This document shows positions 1 through 16,098 of a DNA stretch of 64,000 nt, piece by piece. The stretch's first letter is position 1, and every line of letters begins with the position of its first letter. A program made the translations under genes and the position numbers. The notes under the pieces were generated by a model. The model made no database searches. It worked only from the letters and a program-made list of their open reading frames with translations, and was not told where the DNA came from. Source of the DNA: the human T2T-CHM13v2.0 reference genome, Homo sapiens; assembly GCF_009914755.1 (NCBI RefSeq), contig NC_060925.1; one strand, written 5' to 3'.

Positions 1-675
<675 letters not shown>

Positions 676-958
676 TCAATTTATTGTTACGGGGAGAGGG
701 AAAGACAACAGGCTAGAAAACAAATGAAAAGCAAATAAGATGTTGATATAAAGTACTTCCAAAACTTTTTATACATTTACCAAAATTATTGCTTTTAGAA
801 ATTTACCTGATACATTCCATAAAGACCGAAGTCTGAAGAAATGCTTTGGAAAAGCATATGGTACCAAAAGTGGGAGACAGGAAAAAAAAGCATTTGGTAC
901 TGCATAGGTGTTACACAGGTATAAAAAATACTAAATAGTGACTTCAAATCTGTAATTA

Positions 959-1258
<300 letters not shown>

Positions 1259-1349
1259 TCACAATCATTATTCTGCCCACAACATACCTGGGAAAAGACA
1301 TACCAATAATTTTGAAATTTTAAAAATAAAAATTAACAAGTAATGACCC

Positions 1350-1610
1350 TAACCACCTTTTACTGTGATCACTAGCTGTTAAGATGGATGTGAGCCTAGA
1401 GCTATCACTGGCCATCTTTGATACATGAGGAAACGATGTCTATCAGTGAAGGTGATACTATCCAGAGGGCTCAAGGCATACCATGGCAGAATGACAGACC
1501 TGATGAGACTGTTTAACCCCCTGGATCCAGTTGTGCCAAATCATATAAGCCAAATAAACTACAGTGAATTGGGTTTCTGTATTTACATCCCAAAAGTCTT
1601 GACTTGACTA
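1350..1610 (+). mobile_element. Old MaLR LTR fragment (MLT1-like)
   Basis: Contains cccctggatccagttgtgcc...aaataaac...gggtttctgt...aaaagtcttgact, resembling an MLT1 3' end. Boundaries approximate. Confidence 0.55.
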
Positions 1611-2244
1611 ATTATAACTTATGACTAAAATTCCAATTAAAAGCATCTAAAAGTTAGAATCAAACTTTTATCATTTATGGTTTTGGCTATTCTCAAGTAC
1701 TCCAGAAGTCTACAACATCTAAAAACTTCTGCTGAGATACATATCTGCATCACGCATATAGTAAAGGGAATGCATATTATGGAAGAAGTTACTTAGAAGG
1801 CAGTTAATGTAGGTAACTTCTAAGACATGAACACAAGGTCTTTTGCTTTCTACTAGTTGCATTGATGCTAAATTCCAGAGACTGGAAGAGTTTATTTGCA
1901 TTTTTAAATATACTTAATTAGAATTTCTGGTAGAAATTATCTGGAACAATTAAGAGACACATTTTGAATTTAGGTAGACTTGAGTTCAAATTCCAGATCT
2001 GTTACTTATTAGCTGTGGCTCTGGCTAATTTAGTACACTTTCACAGTAGATGTGCTCCGAATCTATTTTAGGCATCCTTAGGTATTGATCCTTTCAGCCC
2101 CAGGCCCACAGCTTTCAGCCTTGAGCGCTTTCACCATTTATTCCAATATATCAGGAAGTATTGCACATTTTTACACATACAAATACAGAACAGGTAGACA
2201 GCACATTTAAACTTTCTAATCCACGTTTTCATTATGTAATATAT

Positions 2245-2575
2245 TATGAGTACTTGCCATGGGCCAAGTGTTGTTCTGAGTGCATTATGGGGATTTTTTA
2301 AAAGTACAATCCTATTAAATAAGTATTACTATTGTGACCTCCATTTTATAAATAAGGAGCAGGAAATGTTTAAGGGCACAGACTCTAGAACCAAACTACT
2401 TCAGTCTGAATCCTGGCTCCTCTATATAGCAGGTGTATAATCTTAGGCAGGTTATTTACCTTCCTGTGCTCAGCTTTCTTTGTATAAAATGGAGCAATAA
2501 TGGTAACTATTTCATAGGTCTGCTAAAGACAAAGCACTTAGGATAATGCCTGATATATAAGAATTCAATAAACTT
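2245..2575. mobile_element. MIR fragments in both orientations
   Basis: MIR core-like text (ccattttataaataaggag; gcaggttatttaccttcctgtgctcagcttt...tgtataaaatggag). Similar MIRs at ~4620-4810, 8060-8230, 30340-30570 and 38290-38410. Confidence 0.6.
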
Positions 2576-3452
2576 GTATCTAATTCATGTTATATCCTCT
2601 TCACTTAGGACATAAACTATAACAGATTCTCAATGATGAGTGCCACAAATGAATGGGGAAGCTCACCAATTATCGATATAGTATTTTTATAAATGAACTA
2701 GAAAAAAGAAAGTTATAACAAATAAATTATACAAAGACTGTAACAAACATACTATGTATGCCATTCATTAAAGATAAAAAAGGTTCAAGGATGGCTATTT
2801 TGAAAATGTTCAAAGTTCTATACAAAGTTATTATTAGATGATTTCCTCATATAATTCTCTTTTAAAGCCAGTGCTCATGAGAACAGCTTGGGAAGCTTGT
2901 TTAGAAGGAAAAAAAAAAAAAAAAAAGCAGATTCTAGAATTCTTCTGAGATTTTTTGGGGAGCAGATCAGGAGTAGAGTCTTAACATACTGTTAGTGTTT
3001 AAGAGTATTTTAGGTTTGAAAAGCACTGCTTATAAAGTATAATCTCTAATACAGAAAACATAAACACCATTCCTTCAGTGAAAAGCAGAATATTCTTGTA
3101 AAAAAAATTCTTAAAACTAGAAACAATTCTAATATGTTGAGATATGTGCAAGCTAGGGGAAAAATTCCTGATGTTCAAATACTATTCATAAGCTACATTA
3201 ATCCTCATTCAGTACTCCATAGAGTCTCCAACAACCATGTCCAACAAAGACCTTTATTTGATTAAGTGAAAGAAGAACTTTAATTTGGCAACCAGAAAAA
3301 AAAAAAAGGCTAACCTCACAAGAAAAAAGCAACCAATATCTGTAAGAAAGATGATATAAGTAATAATATATACTCTGTATACATAGTACAATAATAGTGT
3401 TCACCATGAGTAAAAAGTGTCATGCAAAGGTAAAATAATCTCATGATAATTA

Positions 3453-3692
<240 letters not shown>

Positions 3693-5119
3693 CTATTTTC
3701 TATTTCTAAAGTAATTCGGTCTACAAGGATAAAAGATCTACTTTAAATACCTTCAAATTGTACTAGACCTCATATCCAGATTAAGTAATCAACACATATC
3801 AAATTAAAAGTTGTTGAGATTTGTGTAATATAAAACTTTTAATATATACATTTGTATATCTACACAATTGTGCACAGGTGTACTTTTGTTCCAAGACACC
3901 TGACATGCTTTTCATTCAGTTCTAATAACCATATTACAGCTTACTGAGAAAGATTTAATGGCGTGAATCATTTGATATACTAAAAGTATGCCAAAAGACA
4001 ATTATCAACTAATTTTTCCATACATTCTACTTATTTCCCTGCCATTTTGTGGAGGTAGTAGAATTTCACAATATTAAATTTTATTTTTAATAAATAAATT
4101 AGTATATAATTTGAATTACTGAAGCAATTGGGTGATGACAAGGGGATGGAATACATATAACAGAACCACTGAATTATCATTACTTTTCCCCAAATCCATA
4201 CCTAATCCCCCTCCCCAAATATCTCTCTGAATTATAAAACCCCAATACACATTCCTCATATCACAAAAGAGGTTAAATAAATAAATAAATAAATAATCTC
4301 CTTTCCTTCAGCGTTATTCACTCCTCTCTTGCTGATCATTTTTATATAAGCTCCAAAACAAGCTATTTGAAAGCAAGTACAAGATCATACTCGCTTTTAC
4401 AGAACTTGCAGCCTAAACACAGTTGTTACATAACCAGCTGGAAATCTAATTAGCCCAAAGGTAGTAAAAGTTGAAATGAATCATCACATACATTATTCCT
4501 CAATATGATTTAAGCATCTTTTCTAGAGGTTTAGCGATAAGAATTCTCACTGATCTACAATTAATTACACAATAATACCTAATATTCATTAATCATTCAC
4601 TTACTAAAACATTTTGCATGTATTACCTCATTTAGTCCTCATAACAACCTGTGATATATGTATTATTATTATCTACATTTTACAGATGAGAAAATGAAGA
4701 TTAGAGGTGAGGTAAATTGCCCAAAGTTAGTCAATCTGTAAGTGGCTGAGGTGGGATTCAAACACAAGGTAGTCTGGTTTCAGAGCTGGTGCTAATAATT
4801 ACTATGCTTTATTACAGATCAAAGCTCTTAATGTAAAACTCAAAGTGTAAAGGCTAAAGGTTTAAAGGTTTAAAATCTATGTGTATGAATGTATCTTCAA
4901 TATCTATGTATGTGTGTTTCTTCTCTCAAAATGCCTAGCTAGTGCTCTGTATCTATTAAGCATTCATTTAATGCACAAAATACAAACACCTACATACAAA
5001 AATACAAACATCCATTTTCTTAATATCCATTCACAGAACAGTTAATGATTAATGATTTATTAAGAAGCTTGCTGAACTGATGATGGTAAGTAAGAAAAAG
5101 ACACATTAAGAATATTTCA

Positions 5120-5423
5120 GGCTGGGTTCGGTGGCTCATGCCTGCAATCCCAGCACTCTGAGAGACCGAGGTGGGAGGATCCCTTGAGTCCAGGAGTTTG
5201 AGACCAGCCTGGCAACATAGTGAGACCCGATCGCTACAAAAAAATGAAACAATTAGTGAGGCATAGTGATGGGTTCTTGTCTCCAGAGACTTGGGAGGCT
5301 GAGGTGGGAGGACTGCTTGAACCCAGGAATTTGAAGCTGCAGTAAGCCATGACTGTGCCACTGCACTCCAGCCTGGGTGACACAGCAAGACCCTGTCTTA
5401 AAAAACAACTACAACAACAACAA
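5120..5423 (+). mobile_element. AluJ
   Basis: Diverged Alu dimer with AluJ-type diagnostics (gaggatcccttgag, gagacc ctgtct) and a (CAA)n tail. Confidence 0.88.
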
Positions 5424-5522
5424 GGACTATTTCCCTTAAAGACACACATTGATACGCCCACTTTTCTTTACAGCTTTAAATGCTTCCTTAATTTTATATA
5501 ATTTTTTAAAGAATTAAAATTC

Positions 5523-5665
5523 TTTTTTTTTTTTTTTTTACAGAGATGGGGTCTCACTATGTCGCCTGGGCTGGTCTTGAACTCCAGGGCTCAAGCAATC
5601 CTCCCACCTCAGCCTCCCAAAGTGCTGGGATTACAGATTTCAGGCGTCAGACATGGTGCCCAGCC
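5523..5665 (-). mobile_element. FLAM / Alu monomer
   Basis: Poly-T followed by the reverse complement of a left monomer. Confidence 0.85.
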
Positions 5666-6216
5666 AATTTAAAAAAAAAATTTATTCAGTTAAGTGTCAC
5701 TGACTAGGGCACAATTCAGCAAATGTTCCCTCCAGTAAAGTATGATACTATAGCAATGCAGTAGATTTATTTGTACAACCTCAATTGAACTGCTGCCTCA
5801 GCTACTACTTGCTGCCATGTGGATTTTAATGCACCATAACTATAATGATGACAACTATTCATCTATCCCAACTCAATTTATACCCATAGTCTCATGTCAC
5901 TGAAGGAGAAATACTACTTTATCTGGTAAAGGACAGAGTTATTATCAGAACTGAAATCCTGTTTTTAATTTAGGAGGTTTTGGTATAGCTGAGACTTCAA
6001 GTGAACTAGTTATCACTAAATACTTTTTCTCCGCCTACTCATATACATAGCTAATCAACACCATTCCAATGTTGTGCCAGTAAAAGTATGCCATTACTAA
6101 ACTATTAGTTTTAACATATATAATACGTTTAAACACTAACCTATCAAAATAATAGCTTAAATACATTACAGGGAGAAAACTGACACATAAGTAAAAATGC
6201 TGTCAAAAGAATTAAG

Positions 6217-6524
<308 letters not shown>

Positions 6525-8632
6525 AAAAGAATTAAGATGATGACCTAAATATGTCTATTATTTCTTCTGCTGGTATCCTGTTATTCAAGACAGCTCTCTC
6601 TCTTTTTTCTACATGTTATTATTTAGTGACATTAGCTAACTCTTAACTCTCATATTAAAAAGTTAACTTTTTGTTTTGATTTCATTGCTATTATTTTCTT
6701 ACATTTTGGTTATGTTTTGTTTTTAATATATTAAGGTATCAAGAACCTGTAGAGTATGTTTTTAAAAATATTTTGGGGGTAACAAGATCCTTTTATACTG
6801 TAAAAATAGATTTTAATAGAAATATTAATCAAAAAGTATAAAGAATAATATTATTTCTAGAAAATTTTGATTAAAAGGGAAAGAAAGACAAACAGGTCCC
6901 CCCCCTCAAACCACCTTTTTTAGTGGAAGAACTTCCACATCACTAAGACTCAGGATTTAAGGACTTCTAGATACTGAAACATTTGCTCCCTATCTCTGAC
7001 ATATTTAATCATATATATTCTCAAACATGAACATAATGAGATTCTAAAAACAGATCATGAACTAACTGAAATGAACACTGTAATTTTCAGGTGCAGAAAG
7101 CTTTCTAGAACTAATACAAAACAGATGACCTCTTATATTAACAGTATGATATTTCAACTACTTTTATTATGAAATCTGATAACCCAAGCAAAAGTACTTC
7201 AAAAGTTAAACAGTGACTAGTTAGGCTGAGACTAAATAAAAGGTAAACTAATTAACTGAAATGTTGCTTATGCAATTAAATTCAAAAACAAACTTTAAGT
7301 CTTACTACTGTTATACAACGTTCATTTCTGCCATCCACTGTCAGCAGTAATAATTAAAACAAGAGATTTATAAAAATTTACTGCATGACAAATTCAATTT
7401 CACAGAATTTGTTTTTAATTTCAACATACAAGTATACTTTTGAAAAATCGTGTTTCTGGGGACATAAATTGCATTTTTCTTTCACATTTTGAAACATTTC
7501 AACTGTTAAAAGAGTGATTTATATCAACAGCTGAAATACGTAATTCAGCTGTAGGAAACTAGCTGTATTCTTTGTCAAAAATGTCATTAGTCAAGTGATT
7601 AAGCAGCAAGGCAAGAAACTGCACAGGACAGCTGATTAATGCATACTGCCAGTACAATGCGGCACAAAGCAATGAAAGCCGTCAATAAGCCCAAGCAGTG
7701 AATTTTGTCAGTGTTTCCAATGTCTCTCATATCTTTTTGCAATTATAAGTATTAACAAACATGGTGGATTAGTGTCCCTGGATGCTAGAGCCCAACTTAT
7801 ATCAAATTAAAATATAAAGTAAGAGCAGTTGTCAAAGGTCTCATTCTCATTCATTACCATGATAGTGTGCCTCAAGAGCAGGTAACTAAAACTTTAAGGA
7901 AACAAAATATACGTTTAGAAACTGGCCATTTTAACGAAAAGTGATGAGCAGATCTTTAAAAAAATACAAACCCAAGTAAAGTAAATTAAGAATTGATGTT
8001 ACTCAACTTTCTTCCAATCAATACTACTTGAAACTTCCATAACATACATAACACTTGAGATGTGTCAAGCATTGTTTTAACCACCTTACATAAATTATAC
8101 AAGCTTCAAATCTCCACTGTATAAAGAAACTGAGGTATACTAATGTTAAGTAATTTGTCCACGGATACACCAGATAATTCAAATTTAAGCAACTGGTTCC
8201 AGAGTCTATGCTCTCAATCATCATGCAAACTTGCAATTTCAATTAGAACAAATGAGCTGGTCTTCAATGAACATATACACAGGCAAAATAAGAATAATAA
8301 CACAGAATAATAATATACATTACATTATATATAGTGATAATAACACATAATTCAGCCTGTGCAACAATTTAAACACAAAGGGATAAAAAAAAGAATAAGG
8401 TAGCCTCACCGGTTTTATAATTAGTAGAAGAGATTACAGACAATATATGCAAATGTCAAATGATAGGACAAAATATTGATAGAGGAATTCAGGAGGCAAT
8501 GATTATTGGGGCTCATTCGAAGAAAAGAATGAACCGTGAATATTTTCAGCCATCAAATGTCCAGAGTGCCAGTTATCTGCTGGATACTAACATAGCTGCT
8601 GAAAAAACCAAGATGTTAAAAAAAACACATTA

Positions 8633-9696
8633 CAGTTATGTGCTATTTAAGGACATCTTATGTTCCCACAAATTATAATGAAGCTGAACAATTCCTAACT
8701 TAATGACTTGCAGTGCAACAACACGATTCTCAGGTTTGTGGAGAAGATGGTGTGAACAAACCTACCATGCTGCCAGTTGTATAAAAGTACAGCACACACA
8801 ATTAATGTACAGTACATATACTTGAAAATAAACAACTGTTAATGGTTTGTGTATTTACTATACTATACATTTATCATTACTTTAGTGTATATCTTCTACT
8901 TATTTTAAAAAAAAACAAACAAACTGTAAAGCAGCCGCAGGCAGGTCCTTCAGGAGGTATTCCAGAAGATCTTATCATAGGAGATGACAGCTCCATGTGT
9001 GTTACTGGCACTGAAGACCTTCCAGTGAGACAAGATGTGGAAGAGATCACAGTGATTCTGTTGACCGTGACCGTATGTAGGCCTAGGCTAATACATGTGT
9101 TTGTGTCTCAGATTTTAACAAACAAATAAAAAAAATTAAAATTAAATTTTAAATAGAAAAGGGTATGAAGAAAGGATATATTTTTGTATAGTTGTTCAAT
9201 GTGTGTTTTTAGCCAAGGGTTATTGCAAAAAAATCACAAAGTCAAAAAAAAATTTTTAAGTTATAAAATAAAAAGGTTACAGTAAGCTAAGGTTAATTAT
9301 TGAAGAAAAAAATTTAGATAAATTTAGCTAGCCAAAGTGTGCAATGTTTATAAAGTCTACAGTAATATACAGTAATATCCTAGGCCTTTACATTCATTCA
9401 CCACTCACTCACTGACTCACCCAGAGTAACTTCCAGTCCATTAATGGTAAGTGCCCTATACACGTGTACCAGTTTCTATCTGGTATATCCTACATTTAGA
9501 TACACAAATACCATTGTGTTAAAGCTACCTACAGCATTCAGTACAGTAACACGCTATGTAGGTTTGCAGTCTAGGAGCAAGAGGCTATACTATATCACCT
9601 ACATGTCTAAGTACACTCCATGATGTTTGCACAACAAAAATTGCCTAATGACACATTTTTCAGAATGTATTTCCATCGTTAAGCAATGCAGGACTG
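8633..9696 (+). mobile_element. Tigger3-family (MER7/Golem-like) DNA transposon
   Basis: Termini ta|cagttatgtg...cgttaagcaatgcaggactg|ta with TA target sites. Internal gcaggtccttcaggaggtattccagaaga is typical of Tigger3b. Confidence 0.8.
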
Positions 9697-11486
9697 TATT
9701 TGAGAAATTCACAGAAGTATATATTGGGCCTGGGCTACTGAAACAGCCTCCTTATCAAGACTCCTACTCCTGAAATTTCCCTCTTCCAATCGATTTTAAA
9801 GACTGAATTAGGATAAATTTCCAAACACACAGCTCTATTCATATAATTCTCCCCATTTACTACTATGTAAAATTCAGACTCCAACTATTACTGAAGATCC
9901 TTCAAAATGTGGCTTGAGTGTTTTCTTAGAACATATTTCATTAAAAAAATTTATGTAGGCAATGGTTCAAAAAGTATACAGAAAAAAAGCAAGCCTCCCT
10001 CCCACTCTTGCCAAATAAGTACCCAATTGCCCTCTCTGTAGGCAACCAATAATTTCAACTTGTGCATCTTACTAGTTTCCTATGCATAAACACGCATACA
10101 CGTATTTGGTTTTTTTCAATTAAACATATGAGATGACATCATATATACTGATTTGCACTTGCTTTTCTCCCCCTCATGCAATAGTATTTTGACCATCATT
10201 TCATATCAGCACATATGAGAGCAACCTCATTTTTGTCTCCAATGGTTGCACAGATTTACATTGCCTGGATGTATCAAATTATTTAACCAGGAACATTTCA
10301 CTTCTAGTCTTTCACTGTTAAACAATGCTGGGGAAAAAAAAAACCCCTTCTATATGTGTCAATTGACACATAAGCAAGAGTACTCTTAAATACACCTAGA
10401 ATATGAAGTGCTAGGTCAAAAAATATGTGCACTTTTCTATTAAGTAAAAGCTAAATCTCTCTCCACCCAGATAAGCCATTAATAATTGCAATTTCTTCCC
10501 TAAATGCTCCCCTTGCTTTCTCATTCTAAGTGAAACCCAGCTCTCCCCTGAATATACTGCTTCCTCAAAGTCTTCCCACATTCCATGTTCAAATAGGCCT
10601 GGAAGTAAATTCAGTGTGCTTACTATACATAGCTTCTTCGTCATTTTTCTCTCTTCTCCCTGAAACCTCCCAGCTCAAAATCTCCTGTAACATATACCAC
10701 CCAATATGTGTCCTTGATGCTCCTCTACCAACCCACGAGTTCTTGGAAATTCTAACTTTCAGCTCACTGTCATTTTCTTAAAAATTATTCCTTGCCTAAT
10801 TGTTAATTATTTTAATAACTATATATAGATGATTAATATCCTGGTCTATCAGTTTTCTTGACTTCCTCTTCTCCAAAGATCTTTTATTCTGCCCACTTCC
10901 ACTTCACACAACCATGACCACACCCTAAACACTTTTTCATTACCAATAACTTCACTCCCTCCTTCACCTTATGACATAACACTTTCTGACAACTACTTCC
11001 ATTCTTTCCAGTTGATTCCTTGTCTCCAACAATCCTTCAAGGCCATTGTGATCTAAAAATCTATGGAACCTACACCCACTGCTCCTCACTCTGTTATGTA
11101 TTTACTTTCTTCTTTCCCAACATAAATTACATGGCCAGTAAATATAACTCCCTCACACAACTTTGCACTCTGTTACCATTTTCATTCTCTTATTTTTTGT
11201 ACTTTACCTCCCTGGCAAAACTAACCCTAGTTAAATTTCTCTACTCACTCTACATTTGAACTGGCAGACTTGAATATGGTTAGAGAAAAAACATGCAACC
11301 ATGTTCTCTGGTCTCATTTTAAATTCATGATCACTATCCTTAAGGTATAGTGATCCTTAAGGAGGCACTTAACACTAACTTCACAGGAAACTACCCTCAT
11401 CCACTCACTCTTGAAAGAAGTTAAATAATTTCTCTTACTCTTCACAAATTTCCCATACCTTCATAATCACTCTCAGCAAATTATTC

Positions 11487-11784
11487 TTTTTTTTTTTTTT
11501 GAGATGGTGCCTCACTCTGTCACCCAGGCTGGGGTGCAGTGGGCATGATCTCGGCTCACTGCAACCTCCGCCTCCCAGGTTCAAACTGATTCTCCTGCCT
11601 CAGCCTCCCAAGTAGCTGGGATTACAGGCGTGCACCACCATGCCCAGCTAATTTTTGTATTTTTAGTAGAGACAGGGTTTCACCATGTTGGCCAGACTGG
11701 TTTCAAACTCCTGACCTCAGGTGATCTGTCCGTCTCAGCCTCCCAAAGTGCTGGGATTACAGGAATGACCCACTGCACCCGGCC
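11487..11784 (-). mobile_element. AluS
   Basis: Reverse-complement Alu with TSD-like caaattattc/caaattactc. Confidence 0.9.
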
Positions 11785-12474
11785 AAATTACTCTGTTTTT
11801 AAGTTTACTGAAAAATATAAAAAGAACAAGGAGATATACTTTCCAAAGGCTCCCACTAACCACATCCTCCACTTATCAGTATTTATACCAACATATTTTG
11901 ATATATTCTGTGGTCTTTCTTGTCATTCCGAACGATGTGCTCCTAGATGTAACCAACATTTATACTTGTGCGGTAAGTCCCATCCTTGCTTACCTACTCA
12001 AGGATTGTTTCCTAAATTTCCCTCCTCTCTCCTGTATCAATCAATTTTTCCATCTATCCTGGATCTTTTCCATAAGGCTTCCATGTTTTTCTTCCTTTTC
12101 AAGTAAAAAACAAAACAAAATACCTCTTATATTCCTATATCTATTTTAGCTACTATCCTATTGCTTTCCTAATACCATAACTTTACAAAAAAAAGTTTTC
12201 CATAACCTCTCCTCTCGTTCTCTTTAACTCACTGGAATCAAGCTTTTACCTCCACCTCTGAAAATGCTGTATGAAGGTCAATAATGACCTCTAAGTTGCT
12301 AAACAGAGCAGTCAACTCCGAATTCTGACCTTCCTTAAATATCAACAATAGCTGACATTGATGATCACTCTCTCTTCCACAATAGAGTGATTTTTCTCCT
12401 ACCTTACTGACAACTCCATCACAGTCTACTTTGGTCATTCCTCCTCATCTTCACTTTGATAATAAAGCATCCCA

Positions 12475-12799
<325 letters not shown>

Positions 12800-13084
12800 C
12801 TAAGCTCTTGTACCTCACCATCTTTTTATCTTCCTGGATTTCTTTGGTGATCTCATATAGTCTCATGACTTTCAATCTATATAGTACACTGATGACTATC
12901 AAGTGTTTGTCTCCCAAACCAGACCTCTCTCTACACTACTGCCTCATGTCTAGTTGACAGCTCCAATTTTAACCTGATAGGCATCGTTAACCCGTCCAAA
13001 ATTGAGTTTCTGAATCCCCTGCCAAACATCTAGTAATTTCTTCCAGGTTTACCTGATTAGGTTGACTAACAATTTTCATCTTTT

Positions 13085-14130
13085 GTTTTTAAAAGCTCAT
13101 GAATTGATTTAGTAATTGTTTTTTCATAATGTATTCTTATTTTCATATTTATTTAATTTCCTTCTATTTTATTTAGGTTTACTTTGTTCTTTCTCTAATT
13201 TCTTTGCTTGGTTGTTTAATTAAATTGTTTTATATCATCTTATTTATCATTACTTTTTCAGTTAATTCCTTTTTGAGTAGGTTAATTCCTTTAGAGTAAG
13301 GAGTTTTATTCTGGGCACTTTTAGCTATGTCCCATAAGTTCTGATACACAGAAATTTCATCACACTGGTTTGATTTCCATTTTGATCCCAGCGTTGCCAA
13401 AAAAGCTATTAAATTTCCGTGTGGTATATTTTTCCTGTTTTCTAAGTTTGTAATAAATGTTTGATCTTACTGTGTTGTGATCAGAAAATGTTAATTTTTA
13501 TTTTCTGTAATTTGAGATTTGGTATATGATCTAGATTCTTTACATTTTCTGATGTTCCATGGACAATTTAAAAGAAGGTATATTCTTTATAAATGTTTGT
13601 ATATGTGTTCTAGTTTGTTAATTATGTTATTTAGGGCTTCTACAGTTTTATTAACATTTATTTTTTGTGCACTTAATCTGTCATGGACTAAGATCTGATT
13701 TAATTTAAAGTCTCATACCACTAAATGTGTTTATTTTGTCTTACAGTTAACACAGGGATTTTTTAATATATAAAGATACTTACAATTAGACTTAAACTTC
13801 AGTGCAGACTGAACTTTGATCATTATAATGGGGCGTGTGTGTGTGTGTGTAAGACAAAGAGAGATTGATCTAATGCTTTCTAGCCTGAATTAAACCTTAC
13901 TTTCAACTTTCACAGTTTGAAGTTTTCAGAACTCGTCTATACAAGCACTGATTTGTGGTTTATGTTATAATCTACTATAAAAATATTTTCTTATTGCCAG
14001 GAAGTTTAGCCTATTTAAATTTATCAATCACGTTTACTTTTGTATCTGTCATCTTATTTTGTGATATATATTGTTTCAATCACATTTTTAATTAAAGTAT
14101 TTGACCATCTGATTTCTTTCTTTTGTTTTC
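13085..14130 (-). mobile_element. Ancient L1M fragment
   Basis: T-rich antisense L1 ORF2-like text (tttagctatgtcccataagtt, tgtgatcagaaaatg, aaaagaaggtatattct). Confidence 0.55.
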
Positions 14131-14639
14131 TGTGTTATTCTCCTAAATGGGAATTGTAGTATTTCTGTCTAGTGACTACAAACACTTTATTAATTACTAC
14201 AGAAAGAAATAAAGGATTCAATGTATCTACTAAGTTTCTACTCTGAGCAAAGGATAAAGTTATTTTTGCCCTTACTCTTCCAATCCTACTCATCATATTC
14301 ACTGTCTCACAATCTACGTTATACCTCCAAAAATATTTATACTTCTCATCCTTATGCAAATGAAAATCCTATAATTAACTGAGCATAGAAATGAAATCCA
14401 TTTTACATAGAAAGACAAACTACCCCTGCGTTTCCAATATTTGCTGAACATTCCAAACTTACTAATTATAAGTAGGTGTAAGAATCTTATTATCCATTAT
14501 ATTGTCTAATGCAGGTATACCTGCTATGTAGCTCCGAAATGATTCTAAACATTTATATAGTTTGCTACATGAGTGATATGCTTTGCTATAATAAGAACTT
14601 AAGAGTGTATTCCCTCCCCACTTCAAGAATGTGACCTCT

Positions 14640-16098
14640 CCCTCTCCCTCTCCCTCTCCCCACGGATTCCCTCTCCCTCTCTTTCCACGATCTCCCTCTG
14701 ATGCCGAGCGGAAGCTGAACTGTACTGCTGCCATCTCGGCTCACTGCAACCCCCCTGCCTGATTCTCCTGCCTCAGCCTGCCGAGTGCCTGCGACTGCAG
14801 GCGCGCGCCGCCACGCCTGATTGGTTTTCGTATTTTTTTGGTGGAGACGGGGTTTCGCTGTGTTGGCCGGGCTGGTCTCCAGCTCCTAACCGCGAGTGAT
14901 CCGCCAGCCTCGGCCTCCCGAGGTGCCGGGATTGCAGACGGAGTCTCGTTCACTCAGTGCTCAATGGTGCCCAGGCTGGAGTGCAGTGGCGTGATCTCGG
15001 CTCGCTACAACCTCCACCTCCCAGCAGCCTGCCTTGGCCTCCCAAAGTGCCGAGATTGCAGCCTCTGCCCGGCTGCCACCCCATCTGGGAAGTGAGGAGC
15101 GTCTCTGCCTGGCCGCCCATCGTCTGGGATGTGAGGAGCCCCTCTGCCTGGCTGCCCAGTCTGGGAAGTAAGGAGCGCCTCTTCCCCGCCGCCATCCCAT
15201 CTAGGAAGTGAGGAGCGTCTCTGCCCGGCCGCCCATCCTCTGAGATGTGGGGAGCACCTCTGCCCCGCCGCCCCTTCTGGGATATGAGGAGCGTCTCTGC
15301 CTGGCCGCCCCGTCTGAGAGGTGAGGAGCCCCTCCGCCCGGCAGCCGCCCCGTCTGAGAAGTGAGGAGGCCCTCCGCCCGGCAGCCGCCCCGGCCGGGAG
15401 GGAGGTGGGGAGGTCAGCCCCCGCCCGGCCAGCCACCCCGTCGGGAGGGAGGTGGGGTGGGGGGGGGGGGTCAGCCCCCGCCCGGCCAGCCGCCCCGCCC
15501 GGTAGGGAGGTGGGGGGGGTCAGCCCCTGCCCAGCCGCCCCTTCTGGGAAGTGAGGAGCCCCTCTGCCCGGCCACCACCCCGTCTGGGAGGTGTACCCAA
15601 CAGCTCATTGAGAACGGGCCATGATGACAATGGCGGTTTTGTGGAATAGAAAAGGGGGAAAGGTGGGGAAAAGATTGAGAAATCGGATGGTTGCTGTGTC
15701 TGTGTAGAAAGAAGTAGACATGGGAGACTTTTCATTTTGTTCTGCACTAAGAAAAATTCTTATCCTGTTGATCTGTGACCTTACCCCCAACCCTGTGCTC
15801 TCTGAAACATGTGCTGTGTCCACTCAGGGTTAAATGGATTAAGGGCGGTGCAAGATGTGCTTTGTTAAACAGATGATTGAAGGCAGCATGCTCATTAAGA
15901 GTCATCACCACTCCCTAATCTCAAGTACCCAGGGACAAAAACACTGCGGAAGGCCGCAGGGTCCTCTGCCTAGGAAAACCAGAGACCTTTGTTCACTTGT
16001 TTATCTGCTGACCTTCCCTCCACTATTGTCCTATGACCCTGCCAAATCCCCCTCTGCGAGAAACACCCAAGAATGATCAATAAAAAAAAAAAAAAAAA
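14640..16098 (+). mobile_element. Full-length SVA retrotransposon (young D/E-like), antisense to COP1
   Basis: Order of parts: (CCCTCT)n hexamers, antisense Alu-like domain, GC-rich VNTR (~15060-15590), SINE-R, AATAAA and poly(A). Perfect 15-bp TSD AAGAATGTGACCTCT at 14625-14639 and 16099-16113. Confidence 0.97.

Noticed and set aside
7858-7885. Possible 28-nt micro-exon on the minus strand (ttttAG...ATG|GTAATG)
   Set aside because: Moderate splice signals only, indistinguishable from background without RNA data.
11630-12106. 158-aa plus-strand ORF
   Set aside because: Starts inside an antisense Alu and runs through L2 remnant; typical Alu-derived pseudo-peptide, as for the many LECSG/QPPPP ORFs in the track.
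15060-15590. Regularly spaced repeats resembling a CRISPR-like array
   Set aside because: This is the SVA VNTR: tandem units without unique spacers, in a eukaryotic context.
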